From Carcharhinus longimanus (lineage: Eukaryota), in NCBI GenBank assembly GCA_030264375.1, contig JASCQW010000099.1:54218022-54282021 (forward strand): DNA of 64,000 nt, given 5' to 3'. Positions 12,340 to 25,069 of this stretch are shown in pieces (position 1 is the stretch's first letter; every line of letters starts with the position of its first letter). The notes under the pieces are model-generated. The model had not been told where the DNA came from, ran no database searches, and worked only from the letters and a program-made list of their open reading frames with translations. The translations under genes were made by a program, and so were the position numbers.

Positions 12340-13375
12340 AGTCATGATTCAGTGGATGCCAGTCTCACTTCAAAGTTAGAAGGTTGTGGATTTGTGTGCT
12401 TGAGCTCAAAATCTAAACCAACACTCCAGTGCAGAAATAACAAATTTCTGGGTTGTTCTACCTGCCCCGAGTGTTGCAAAGGATGGGTCTGGCCACACTG
12501 CCATGGAACGCTCCAAGTAGTTGGACCGTACCGCAGCACCTGTCCTCCATGGAGAAATTTTTCCGCAAACACACCTTTGACCACATGGCAATTAAGCAGT
12601 GGTCAGCGCGTAACGTCCTTGGGGCCCTGAGAGAAAAGGAGANNNNNNNNNNNNNNNNNNNNNNNNNNNNNNNNNNNNNNNNNNNNNNNNNNNNNNNNNN
12701 NNNNNNNNNNNNNNNNNNNNNNNNNNNNNNNNNNNNNNNNNNTGTGCCAATCTGAGCAATAACGGCACACAGTAATTTATTGAGGCATGTATATAGTTTT
12801 AAGTATTGAAATGTAATGACGGTAATTTGTATAAACCTGTAAAAATGTTTGATTCTGCATTGTTTGCAATTCAAAGCCCTGTACATTTGCAATAGTTTAA
12901 TCAAGATTTTTATGAATAAAGTATTTTTTGGAAAAAAAAATTGCTGGGTTGTTAAATGTTTTGGATGAAATGTTGAACTGTGGACTTGGTGTCCACACAT
13001 GTGAGGCAGACATGAAAATTCCATGCGCTAATGGAAGAAGAGCTGGAACATTTTCCCTAATGCTCTGGTTAATATTTTTCAGTCAATCAACAGCTAAAAA
13101 TAAATTACCTGGTATTATTCCTCTTTTTTCATTCATTTATGAGATATGGGTGACATTGGCTGAGCCGGCACTAATTGTCCATCCCTAGCACCCCTCCATT
13201 TCAGGAGTCAACTCAATGCTGTCCTAGAGACTTTGCTGTATGCAAACTGGTTGCTATGTTGTCTGCATTACAACAGTAACTACACTTCAAAAACAACTTC
13301 ATTGGCTATAAAGCACTTTGGGGTGGTTTGCAGTCATGAAAAGTGTGTAAAAACTGCTAGTTCATTTTTCTCTTT
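12340..13375 (+). mobile_element. DeuSINE (SacSINE1/AmnSINE1-like), interrupted by a Tx1 insertion and a SINE-C fragment
   Basis: Head agttagaaggttgtggattt...ttgagctcaaaatcta; Deu domain and tail gctgtatgcaaactggttgct...cattacaacagtaactacacttcaaaa...cattggctataaagcactttggg. Confidence 0.7.
12458..12940 (+). mobile_element. 5'-truncated Tx1-like (L1-clade) LINE with target-site duplication
   Basis: Open frame YLPRVLQRMGLATLPWNAPSSWTVPQHLSSMEKFF...WSARNVLGALREKE; aataaa plus A-tail at 12915-12940; 16-bp TSD aaatt(t/g)ctgggttgtt at 12442 and 12938. Confidence 0.8.
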
Positions 13376-13981
13376 CTGTATAATCCTTTTATTCCTAACT
13401 ACTATTCTGTGCAGAAACTAAAATACATTATCAACTACTATCATTATGCATCTGGAAATGTTCCTGATATTTCTCATTAGTTTTTATGTTGATTTTCTAT
13501 CACATTGAAACATTGCAACATGACTAGAGAATGCAATACCTGTGTTGTAAGCAATAAGTTCAAAAACAGTTGTAGAACTAGTGAATTTAATAATCCCGGG
13601 GTGACGAGTCTATGTTCAATGCTACACTTCAAAAGCTGTCTCATTGTAAAACCTTGGTATATCTTCAGTTAATAACAAACCGTAACTAAATACTAATTCT
13701 TTTCTACCTAATATAATTAGTCAGTGCAATAACTGATATAATTAGGAAAGATTGCTGCCAAATTGATGAGACATCAAATTTCACCAAATAACTTTAACTT
13801 TGTAACTGTCATTTGGGTGTTAGAAACACATCTCCTCATATGTAGAACTCTGCTTTCCCTCATCTGTAACAGGTAAAATTCACATGGACTTAAAGGTGCA
13901 TAGTGGATATAATGTAAAGTATCATATATGGATTACCGCCCACTCTTGTGTCAGGGGCTAAATCACAATACAAGTTATATC

Positions 13982-14165
13982 AACAGAAAATGCTGGAAAT
14001 GCCCAGGAGATCACGCAGCACCTGTGGAGGGAGAGAGAGCGGGACAATTAATTTTTCAAGTCAATTACCTTTCATNNNNNNNNNNGATAGTCCTAATCAA
14101 AAGTCTGATGCAACTTGTCTTGCTGCAAGTGCTGTGGGGCTTTTCCAGAATTTTCTACTTTTAAT
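13982..14165. repeat. Penelope-like terminal-derived foldback repeat with hammerhead remnant
   Basis: aacagaaaatgctggaaatgccc...gcagcacctg pairs with gctgtggggcttttccagaattttct. Minus strand reads ...ATGA-aaggt-aattg-actt-GAAA next to the gap. Confidence 0.55.
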
Positions 14166-14904
14166 TCAGATTATCAAATCTTATTTCATATGGATTCACA
14201 TTCTAATCCCCCTGTTCTTTGATATTTAAATCATGACTCCATTGCTGACTTTAACCACTTTCTCCCTGTATCTGCTTTGCTAGTGTTTCGAGTAGAGTCA
14301 AGAGTTGGAAGGGCAAGTTATATAAATGTTATAACCTTGTACTGGAAAGACAGCTGTTAGAAACTGTTTCCCCATGGCTGTGGTGTTTACAATTTTTTCC
14401 TTTCATCCAGATTATATTTTGGCATCTCTTATTCCTGTATATTTTCAATCTATTTTTCTCTTATGTGAGATTGTGTGATATACCTTTACATTTGTGTTGT
14501 CCTCCTTTTGTAACTGGTTGACATTAATATACAGCTCTGTATGGCACATATTATATTCCATCACATGCATGAAAAGTATTTAATTTTTGAAATATTTTCT
14601 TCTGCAGAACTATGCCCCATTGTTACCTCCTCAGTTCTTTTCTCATTGCTTTAAAATTGCCTCTCAATTAATCCTTGCTCTAGTCCATACCACAATATCA
14701 AACTTAATGACATTATAATCGCTGATACACAGTTTTCTCCAGCCTACAAATTTGCCACTATCTCAAGCTCACTCCCAAATACTAAATCAAGCGTGTCTCC
14801 CTCTCTCATTCCCCTTAACCTGCTGCATCAAGAAGCAGTGCTGTATTAACACAATAAATTTGCCTCCTCCTTTTGAAGAATCGGCACCCTCATCTTGCTT
14901 CAAT

Positions 14905-15170
14905 TTCAAGTAATTAAAATCACCCGAAATTAGTGCCCTCCCCTTCTCTGATGTACTCTTTATTTGCTTGAATAATTCTGCATCATTTTATTTTTCCTTT
15001 TACCCTGGTGGTCTATAGCAATCCCCAATTAATAATTTGCTTCCCTTGCTGTCGCAGTTTTCCACTTAAATTGACTCAGACCTCCACTCATCTGAGGTTA
15101 AATCAACTATTTCAATAACTGTCAGATCCTCCCTCACCAACAACACCACCCCTCACCCACCCGATGTTTT
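14905..15170 (-). mobile_element. CR1 LINE apurinic-endonuclease domain fragment
   Basis: Minus-strand translation GVVLLVRED...KGSKL...CYRPPG...GDFNY, with stops and frameshifts. Confidence 0.7.
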
Positions 15171-16987
15171 CCTCTTCCTTTCATACATTTTAAACCACGC
15201 TAAATGAAACTCATATAAAGATAACACTGATGTAAAAGAGCTTACACAGGTTCATTATATTGCTACTAAATATGATAAGACATTTGGTAATTCTCTACTC
15301 AAGTGATGCTTTTTCACTGCTGACATCTCCTTACACACTCAAATAGCTCGAGGTTATTATTTTAAACAGTGTAGCGATGGTTATCAATGGTGTATTATTC
15401 TGATTAAGGTTTAAGTTGTTGTATATGTATATACATGAATGATGTAAGAGAAATAGCTCCTCTAACAGTTAGTATAACTTCTGTAATGGATCCTGTAACA
15501 GACTTCCAAGATATTTGATCCACTGTCTGCGGTGTGTTTATTAATATTAAATATGCAATTCATTTGCCTCTATTTTCCATATATCATTTAGAAAGGAGCA
15601 CAAAAAGACCTTCACCATAGGAACTCAATCTTACTTTATTCTGAATTAAGAATTTTAATATTCAGAATAAAACGGCTTACAGTATTATACTTACACATAC
15701 AGGTCATACCGTAGATAATGAACAACCTAATATATTAGCACTGCCAACAGTGAGAATGGATTGTGCATTGCAAAGCTACACAGAAAAAAAAAACCTAAAA
15801 TGATTAATTTCATAGAACGGGAAACCATAGAAGAGAATGGACAGTAATTTAGCTTTAAATTACATCAGTATCTGTTTGAAACAAAAACGGTTACAGAGAA
15901 ATATCATTAATAACCTTCTTCTTTTCATTTTTATTTAATCAATTTCTATCATTAAAAAAAAGTACATGTATATATCTTCCTGGTCCAGTTTACTTAATTA
16001 AAAGAGCTGGATCATAGCTATTGAGGCTGGAACAGTACAAATTCTTTTTGGATCCCATATTTTACAATTCTTCTACCTCCTTTGCCATGGTGTTTTGCTT
16101 TTCTGCGTGATGCAAAGAGGGAATAATGTGGGACACTCAGGAACTGACAAACATTGTCCTCTTTTTAATATCCCCTTACCTCGCCATTGCTAAGGTTACT
16201 CATCCAAGTGCTGTTGGAGCCGTTGCTGAGAATACGCACTAACAGAGCCTTTGCCACTACCCGACGTGAACAAATTGACCTGGTCATGTTACAGTGCAGA
16301 ATTTGGCTTGATGGAGGTGGCCAAGAAATTTGGCTTCCTCATTAATTTGCTACGATACTGAACTACCATCTGCTCCTTGCAAACACACAGCTCAGGGATG
16401 GCACCATTCTGACCTTTCTTGGATCCTCCGATAGCCAACCCAGTGGGGTTTTTGGGCAATCTTAAACATCCACTTGGTTAATGTGCTACTCCTTTCAGAG
16501 TCTGACCCTGTGGAGGACCTTAATTAATGGCCAACATCAAAATTTGATGTAATGCTGTCCACAGTTTTGCGAATATCAGCTGTAGCAAAATTAACAATTG
16601 ACATTCTGATTCAAGAATCCATAATACATAAAAAAGTTTGCTCACCTTTATTAAATATTGCTTTATTAAATGTTACATCATTTTTCTCGCTACCATAAAG
16701 TCAGGTACCAGATCAACATATTTTGATGTTGTGGAGGCAGTGGCATTAGGTTTTTTTGTGCGCTACACTTCCACGTTCTGAAGTGTTCTGGAAAATGAGT
16801 TGTGCATTGACAATGAATCTCCTAGAATTAATACAATCTGCAGCTGTGCACTTGTTATTGTTCCTTCAATTACACGATGCAGTTTTCTTAAGCCATTGTA
16901 ACTAGATTTTAAATGTTACACTTTGTTCACAAACCCCGAGATTTCTATGTAATTGCATCATACAATTGGTAGTTCATCATAAAATTT

Positions 16988-17310
16988 TCATAGAATAGAA
17001 TCTATACAATGCCAGTCCCATTAAGAGGTCAGTCGGCCCATCGAGCCTGCACTGATCACAATCCCACCCAGGCCCTAATCCCAGGTATTTACCCTGCTCG
17101 TCCCCTCAACACAAAGGGGCAATTTACCATGGCTAATCCACCTAACCTAACATCTTTGGACTGTGGGAGGAAACCGGAACACCTAGCGGAAACTCACGCA
17201 GACATGGGGAGAATGTGCAAACTCCACATAAACAGTCACCCAAGGCCAGAATTGAACCTGGATCCCTGGCACTGTGAGGCAGCAGTGCTAACCACTGTGC
17301 CACCCTGTTG
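16988..17310 (-). mobile_element. HE1-like V-SINE, tail type A
   Basis: Full head, V-domain and catagaat tail on the minus strand. Confidence 0.92.
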
Positions 17311-17640
17311 CTGATGTCAGAAGAAAATTGTGAATTTTCTTATNNNNNNNNNNNNNNNNNNNNNNNNNNNNNNNNNNTTATACTCAAAAATTGCCACCAA
17401 AGATTGGTTGTAAATATGAGTCTGTTGCCTCCCTTAATTTTCGTTAAATTCACAGTTTTATATTTGTTTTTAGTTGAGTTTGGCATTTATCATTAAATCA
17501 TAATGTGGTAAATTTGCCCAGGAAACAAACTTTGAGCTTTAATTTTAGTTCTTATTTAACAAATTGGCAATGTTTATGAATCATAACTGTCTATAACACT
17601 GCTTGTTGGTCGTGTAACTACAACACTGCTTGTTGGTCAT

Positions 17641-17823
17641 GTTTCCTCCCACAGTCCAAAGATGTGCAGGTTAGGTGGATTGGCCATGCTAAATTGCCCC
17701 TTTGTGACGAGGGGACGAGTAGTATAAATGCGTGGGATTAGGGCCTGGGTGGGATTGTGATATGTGCAGGCTCAATAGGCTGACTGACCTCTTAATGGGA
17801 CTGGCATTGTATGGGTTCTATGG
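17641..17823 (+). mobile_element. HE1-like V-SINE 3' half, inverted twin of 16988-17310
   Basis: gtttcctcccacagtccaaagatgtgcagg...gacctcttaatgggactggcattgtatgggttctatgg. Confidence 0.88.
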
Positions 17824-19243
17824 TCCTCCTCCATGAAGAGTTTGGAAGTCTGTCGGTATCTTGTGAAGAAACTATGTGCATGATTTCAAGAACGTACAAA
17901 TAAATATGATCCATTTGAAGCATTTCCATTTAATAATTAGTCAAGAGCAAGCCTTTGACTTTAATGTTAGTCTTTCCACCTCTGAGTACAAATGAGGAGA
18001 GCTCAAGCCTGTTTCCAATGAGTGGAAGATTAATTAATCGTCCCCAATTTTCTTTCCAAAAGACAACTTGAAAGGAGTTTTAATTGCACAAATTTATACT
18101 CAAAATGTTATACCAAACATTGGCTTGATAATCAGTATAGAGCCACATCTGGATAGATGAACTGCAGGCTCAATGGTAGTTTAACCACATCCGAGTCCCA
18201 ATCCAGACAGTTCCAATGAGCAGAGACAGCCTCTGATTAATGGGTTAACGTCCATCAGGGGTACTTATGCTAAAGGGATGTGGGTAGGGCCCCTAATGTA
18301 AAGCATTAATGGGCCTCTTTAGCCCACCTGGGAGAATGTTCACTGAAGATAAGAATCGTGCAGAAGCCACCTTGACTACTCTTTTCTAGTAAGTCTCTCA
18401 AATTTCTTGTGTGAGGCATGAATTAGGACCTGCCCTAAGGTAGAACACAATGGGTGGAGAGAATAGTTACTTTGCGGAATGGAACTTCAATCAGTGTGTG
18501 AAAATTTAGACTTCAAAATGGTATCTTTTACACATGATTACCTGATGGATGGAAACAAGTGGATATATTCTAATTTGAAAATGCAATTAATTTCTGATCT
18601 GAATTTCACCAGAGGAGAAAGAATTTTAGAATCAGGCAGATATGAAGGAGTCTGGGAGACTGCAATTTTGGCAATCAAAGTAAGTTGGTGTATGGAAATT
18701 CTGGTCAAGTGAAGTCAGCGGGGACACAAAATGTACTCATCAATGTACGTTGGTAAAAGGGATTTTAAGAATAGATGTGATTCGGAAGTAAATTGGTCCA
18801 GGTACTTTCTGTGCTCACATTAACTTTTTGTCCAAAGTCAATTTATCTTCAAAGTGAAATGAATTTGTGGATGATTTCCACACGAAGAAATGTTAAGCAA
18901 TTTTTGGTTGTAGATATGATCACATGTCAGAAATGATGAGTGATTAATAGAGGATGTTATCAAGTTGACCATCAGGACTAGTTGCAGGGTTGGAATATAA
19001 TGAAGTGGGTCCAATTATATAATAATGAAAATTGGGTATAGATAATTTGCCTTAAGATCACCTTCTGTAATGGCTATTATTACATGTTAGAAAGACAAAT
19101 GTTCCGAGGTTTGTTTACTCTTCCCATTTCTGCCTTTAATTCTTAGGAATTAATGAAGTTCAGAAATCTGTGCCTATATTTCATGGTGAAAGCGACTTTC
19201 TGTACCACTTTGTGGATCTTCTGTTGACAGATAAAAATCATGA

Positions 19244-19680
19244 GGGTGATCCTCTCAGCCCATTGCACTGCTTTTGTAGCGCAGTGGGCTGCGAGACTCT
19301 AGTAGAGGCTGTTTCATGGGCTCCCTGCTGATACCACAGCCTCCGTGTGTCCCCTGTAGTTGGATTTCCAGCGCCGTCAGCTCTGTGCTGGAAGTTGGCA
19401 TGGAGCTGAATAAATCATGTAAATCCCGATTTGAATGCAATTTAGATGCCATTAGCGAGCCTGGGACTGAAATCTCTGAGCCCACTATCCCCCCGACCCC
19501 CCTTGCAGGGTGTTGGCAGCCTGACCCCACTGGAGTGAAGGGCGAGCAGGTGAGGCCCGCAATGGGTCAAGGACTGGGGGGGTAGTGTCCTCTGGGCATT
19601 GCCACCTTGGCCCCCTGGTACTGCCCAAGGGGCAAAATGCCAATGCCCGGGGGCATCTTGGCACTTGGAATTATTCTGAA
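19244..19680. mobile_element. GC-rich DNA-transposon terminal region (Harbinger-like)
   Basis: GGG-initiated end and clustered ggca(c/g/t)tgcc motifs shared with 37475-37900 and 56034-56490; lies next to a Myb/SANT relic. Confidence 0.4.
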
Positions 19681-20059
19681 CCAGGTGCTTGTCATCTAGC
19701 CAACCGAGTTAATTGGCCCACCATGGTCATGATACAACGACAGAAAGGCATACTGGGTGAGATGCAGAGGTCTACTGCCACCTTTGGAATCATGAGTTAG
19801 CCTTTTCAGAAGAGAGGCAACAAAAAATTTGCTATAAATTACATCTGCTTCCCATTTATTACTATTACTAGTGAATATGGGGGGAGGCGATTCTCCCCAA
19901 AAAATTCTAAGTGTCGATATTGCGTAAAAACTGGAATAAATCACATTTTCTTTTCAGCAGGATTTTCAAAATGAATTTTCCATACTCTGAGCACTGAGGA
20001 GCAGACAGCATCGATAAGCACAGCTGCTGAAAGTGGTGAGAGAGACCAACACTGCCTCG

Positions 20060-21460
20060 TCTGTCTCTCTTTTGTGCTTGCAGAAGCAGAGGCTGCACAA
20101 TGATAGGGAGAGGACTTGCTCAGGGGATGAATACACCAGCTAACCATCCTCACTGCAATGGAGGAGGTGGCAGTTGATATCAAGACAATGGCATCTCATG
20201 AGAAAGTGAGTGATATACAGATACGAGCACTAGGAGGAGTGGGTGAAAATGAATTCTGTAGATGAAGGGCATGGAGTGCTCACCTCTATCTGACAACAGA
20301 CCAAACCTTCTGCTGCATTGGGAAGCCTCAGCTCTGCTTAGGCTTTAACATGATGTGGGTATGCCGGCGTTGGACTGGCGTAAACACAGTAAAAAGTCTG
20401 ACAACACCAGGTTTTAGTCCNNNNNNNNNNNNNNNNNNNNNNNNNNNNNNNNNNNNNNNNNNNNNNNNNNNNNNNNNNNNNNNNNNNNNNNNNNNNNNNN
20501 NNNNNNNNNNNNNNNNNNNNTGAGTATATTATCAAATAAATAGGTTGGACTAAAACCTGGTGTTGTCAGACTTTTTACTGTGTTTAAGCTTTAACAATCA
20601 GAGGAAAATCCTCCGGATCTCCTCTTCCTTCCGCCTCCCAAAGGGCTGGTCGGGGAGAGGAGCAGTCCCAATGCTGCAGAAACATCACCAGGGTCCTCTG
20701 AGGAGATGGAAGTCACAGAGCTAGCACTGTCACAGCATTCAAGTGCTTCTTCCACCAACCCAGATAAACTCACATCATTGGGTCCTCGAGGATGGTTAAA
20801 AAGGGCAGCACTGGGGGGAAAGCATGTCACAAGTGAGAAGGAAGAGGTGAGAGAAGCAAAGGTAGCTGTGGGCTGTCAATCTTGGGGGAAAGAGGGTATA
20901 CACAGCCTTGGGGGGTCACAAGCAAGTAGTACTTTGGCTAGCAGCATGAGATGTGTATCATGAACTAAGAATGGAGGAATCCATTCAGTGACTTGCACCA
21001 TTGTGGCTCACACATGAGCTCCTCTATTGAGAGTATGACCAACATAATGGAAAGTTATATGCAGCAGCACCGAGTGGATGCAGGACAATATACTAGCATT
21101 CACAGAACGCATGTCATGTTGAACAGTCAGTGGTAGTGATGGCACAAAGATGCACGGAGTGGATGGTGGTTGACCCCTCTAGCAATCCAGAGTGTCATCA
21201 AGTGGCTGAGACTGTTATCGAGGAGGATAAAACTTCCATCTTTCATGTAGCATCATCAACATTGATCTTCTTAGCCCCTCTGACTGAGGAACCATCCATG
21301 CAGCAAAGCTCTGTGATGGAGGCTGCCCCTGCATAGACACTGGCATTGAAGCTCTTGGAAGTGCTCCCTCTGTTACCTCTACAATGAGGATGATTGCCAC
21401 AGGTATCTCAGCCTCAAGTAGACTGGAGGCTGCCTCCATTTTTTCCATGGCCATAAGGGG
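20060..21460 (+). mobile_element. Harbinger-type Myb/SANT-like gene relic (internal exons)
   Basis: After acceptor cttttgtgcttgcag: KQRLHNDRERTCSG.../QLTILTAMEEVAVDI; later SEEMEVTELALSQHSSASSTNPDKLTSLG. Many stops; paralogous to 45885-47249. Confidence 0.55.
20351..20587. mobile_element. Penelope-like element with inverted ends (interior in assembly gap)
   Basis: Perfect 40-bp inverted repeat 20381-20420 / 20547-20586; end motif tgatgtgggtatgccggcgttggactgg; direct repeat gctttaaca at 20342 and 20588. Confidence 0.65.
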
Positions 21461-21630
21461 AGCACTGCATGGAAGTGACCAAGAGTAAAGTCTTCATTTG
21501 TATCTGGATAACTTCTTTTCATGGTAGTGTAAGTTGTTATTTTCTAAATTATATTGGAGATGTTGAGCCATGCTCTCTAACATGTGAACTTCCATTCTTT
21601 AATGGCAAAACCGGTGAGGAGGAAAGTCAT

Positions 21631-21883
21631 TGGTGGCACAGTGTTAGCAGGGACCTGGGTTCGATTCCTGGCTTGGGTCACTGTGTGGAGTCTGCACGTT
21701 CTCCCTGTGTCTGTGTGGGTTTCCTCCCACAGTCCAAAGACATGCTGGTTAGGTGAATTGGCCATGCTAAATTCTCCCTCAGTGTACCCGAACAGGTGCT
21801 GGAGTGTGGCAACGAGGTGATTTTCACGATAACTTTATTGCAGTGTGACTGTAACCCTACTTGTGACTAATACATAAACTTTA
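21631..21883 (+). mobile_element. V-domain tRNA-SINE, tail type B
   Basis: gggttcgattcctggcttgggtcactg...tttcctcccacagtccaaagac...ctacttgtgactaatacataaacttt. Confidence 0.9.
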
Positions 21884-22527
21884 CAAAAAAATCTTTAGTA
21901 GTTAAGGGAAGCCATGGTCTTTGAATGGAAACACACTTTGAAAAATACATGCAGGCATTATCAGTAAGAATGTACTATTTTGCATGTTCCTCTCCCTCCA
22001 CTTAATTGTAGTGATCTAATCTTGACCCTATTTGAGGCCCACATTTCTCTGGAGGGCCATCAGAAAATCAGTAACTGCACTTGTTGAGTCCATGGTGTGA
22101 TTTCTTTTATTCTTAATCCTACCTGTTCATTCATTTCCCAATGAACAAATGACTCTATTTAGTTATATTTTTAAAAAGATTATTTCTCCCTGTCTTTGTT
22201 TGCCACAACTTCCCATCATCCATCTAATCCTGCCGTGTTCCCATTGGTCTTGGGTTAACTAACCAATACTGACATTTTCAACTGTTAAAGAAAAAGAAGC
22301 TACAAGCAACGGGAATCTAAAATTAATGCTGCAGATATGCAGTAGGTAATTCACTCTATGTGAAGGATAAAAGTGGGTTAATATTTCCAGCTCTCTGTCA
22401 GAACTAACGGCTAAAAAAACAAGAAAAAAAACTTCAAGTAAGGATATAAAATGCAAAGAAAAGAGAAATCTGACTATTAAAGGGACTGAATGGCTTGCAA
22501 ATTGTTAAGCAGAAATTGTCAGATAAT

Positions 22528-22718
22528 ATCATAGAACCTCTATAGTGCAGAAAGAGGGCATTGGGCCCATCAAGTTTGCACTGACTCTCAGACAGAGCAT
22601 ATTACCCAAGCTCTATTCCCGTAACCCCATGTATTTACACTAATCCCCCTAACCTACACGTCTTTAGACACTAAGGGGCAATTTATGGTGTCCAATCCAC
22701 CTAACCTGCTAACCTTTG
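22528..22718 (-). mobile_element. HE1-like V-SINE 3' fragment, tail type A
   Basis: atcatagaacctctatagtgcagaaagagggcattgggcccatc...ccaatccacctaacctgc. Confidence 0.8.
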
Positions 22719-23139
22719 AACATAAAAGATGTAAGTGATGGGAAGACATTAGACACAAAATACTGTTTATGTTGTTCAAAGACTTAAAGGACATGGGGGT
22801 GGGCCCAAACACATAAAATCGCTTGGAGGAAGGCTGTTTATCAAGTAATTTGCAACAGGATTGAAGTTGAAATTTAGGTCATTCCTTGAAAGAAACAGGT
22901 GAAGCCTTTGGTGTAGATCCTTACCAGTGTCCAGGGGAAGGATGTGACACTGTTCCTTGAGTTGAACTTGATTAAAATAACATGTAAAGACTGAGACGCC
23001 AGAGTCAGAGATCAAGTAGGGGAGTTAATGGAGAAAAATGGCCATCTAATCTGCATTTGGGTAGAGGATCATAATTTTAAAATGTCCTGATATCACAAAA
23101 GGTTTGACAGGCTATGAGAAAACTATCAAAACTTTGCAA

Positions 23140-23830
23140 AGATACTGAATGTACAACTGGCAGGTGTAATTTAATAGAGATGAATGTGAGGTAACAGACT
23201 TTGGAAGAAAAGATAAGAAAGATCACTAACCAAAATGTTTTTAAGGATGTGGATACACAGAGAAATATACACATTTAAAAGCACTCTTGTAAGTACTAGG
23301 GTAAGCAAATAAAGTTGTTTCAAAAACTGATAGTATTTGGGGTTTTATCAGTAGGGTATTAAAGGCACAAAAGTAATGCTTATTTTATGCAAACCATTGA
23401 TTAGACCACTACATAGTAGCACTATATAAAGTTTTGGACACCTCCTAACAGTAAGACCATTAAAACAATAGCATATGTACAATGTGCATTCTCAAGGATA
23501 GTAGGAGGGATGAGAAACTATTGTTATGAGATGAAATTTGAGATATTGGGATTATTTTCACTTTTTAAAAAATTCCTTTGTGGGACATGGGCATCACTAG
23601 TTGTCAAGCATTTATTGCCCATCCCTAATTGCCCTTGGAAGGCAGTTCAGAGTCAACCACATTGCCATGGCTCTGGAGTCACGTATAGACCAGACCCGGT
23701 AGGGAAGCAGATTTCCTTCCTTAAAAGACATTAGTGAGCCAGATGAGTTTTTCCGACAATCAGCAATGGTTTCATTGATTCACTGCAGTCGAGAAGGCTG
23801 GGAGAAGATTAAATAGAGATTTCTTTTTAA
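23140..23830 (+). mobile_element. CR1 LINE ORF2 C-terminal fragment, interrupted by SINE-C
   Basis: WQV.FN..EC-, LVRP.LEY- and LGLFSL/RRLGGDL-like decayed motifs flank the SINE. Confidence 0.6.
23570..23780 (-). mobile_element. tRNA-SINE family C fragment
   Basis: gcatttattgcccatccctaattgccctt...agagtcaaccacattg...gcagatttccttcctt...ttagtgagccagatg. Confidence 0.85.
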
Positions 23831-25069
23831 AGCAAAGAGCCAAATTCCTGGCAGAACTTGTGCAGAGGTTTGGGCTGATGCAGGTGGTAAAGCGCCTGGC
23901 ATTCCTCAGCGCGATTTTAATTCTTGGGCTTCAGCTTTGTGGTATTCGGAGTAGCAGGAAGCTGTCGTAAGAGACCCAAAGAAATGACCCCTGATAATCA
24001 GATAAGTGGTTCAATGGGATTTGGGTGGGAATTGCGGTCAGTGGAAGTGGAAGAAAGCCCAGGGCATGGAAAACCCAAGATTTCCTTGTGGGGCCCATGA
24101 GATATTGAAAAATGAAGTTAACTTGCCCTCCTGTGACTTTTTCTCTGGCCCTAGCTCCTCTTCTTCTCTTGGCGGAGAAACTATGATATCTTAGTCACAC
24201 AAGTCTCAGGTTAAAGTTGCAGCCAATGACATGACAAGACCCTAATCTGCATGTTTAAGGGATAACCATGCTGGCACTTGCCTGTTCAAAACCAGTCAAA
24301 AAAAGATCAGTGGGATCAATTTCTGTGGAATGGGCAAAGTTAAAATCAGGTCTTATTGTCTTGATAGAGAGAATAATAAAAAAAAAATTCTTCGAACTGG
24401 CAAGTGAGTGACGTGGGATCATCAATCTACATTGACTGGATTTTGCAATCAGCAAGGTAACAAGGGTAGATGTTCACCACTCACCTTAAAGAACATGCCC
24501 AATTCTTGTGACATGCAATTTTTGTAATGCAGATTCCCAGCCTCGAGGTGCAGTAATGTCATCAATGTAGGGGGTGGTGTTGGGGGTGGGGAAGGACGAG
24601 GAGGTGGGGTGGGTGGGGTGCTGCTCCCTTTGCTGCAGGTCAAATCACAAGACCCTCAGGCCATCAGTCCCACCAGTAAAGGTGAGCGCAAGGGCATCAT
24701 AACCTGAAGGCATCCTCAATTGCCTGCAGAGGGAACAGAAGCTACTGGGGCCATTCACAAACAGAAGTGCAAACTTCCATCCCCACCACCTCCATGCCTG
24801 GTGGGAGGCTCAATCAAAAGCCTCTCTGGGACAAAATTGCCCCAAAGTGGGGTTCATTGCATTAATTAGCTGTCAGCCTCCATGAAACAGACAGGTAATC
24901 CAATTCCCACTTCATCCCAGGAAAAACACCCCAGAGATTGGAATGTGTGAGCCATTGTAACATAGCTACCCCCCCCACCCTATTCTCCTGGTTCCTCTGG
25001 AGCAATTCTATGCCCACGATCATCAGTAAGGCTAAGAGATCCCTTAGGCCATCCAGTACCCCAGTATTA

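Noticed and set aside
24570-24620. G-quadruplex-like G-runs (also 56490-56690)
   Set aside because: They lie inside GC-rich transposon debris, with no evidence of function.
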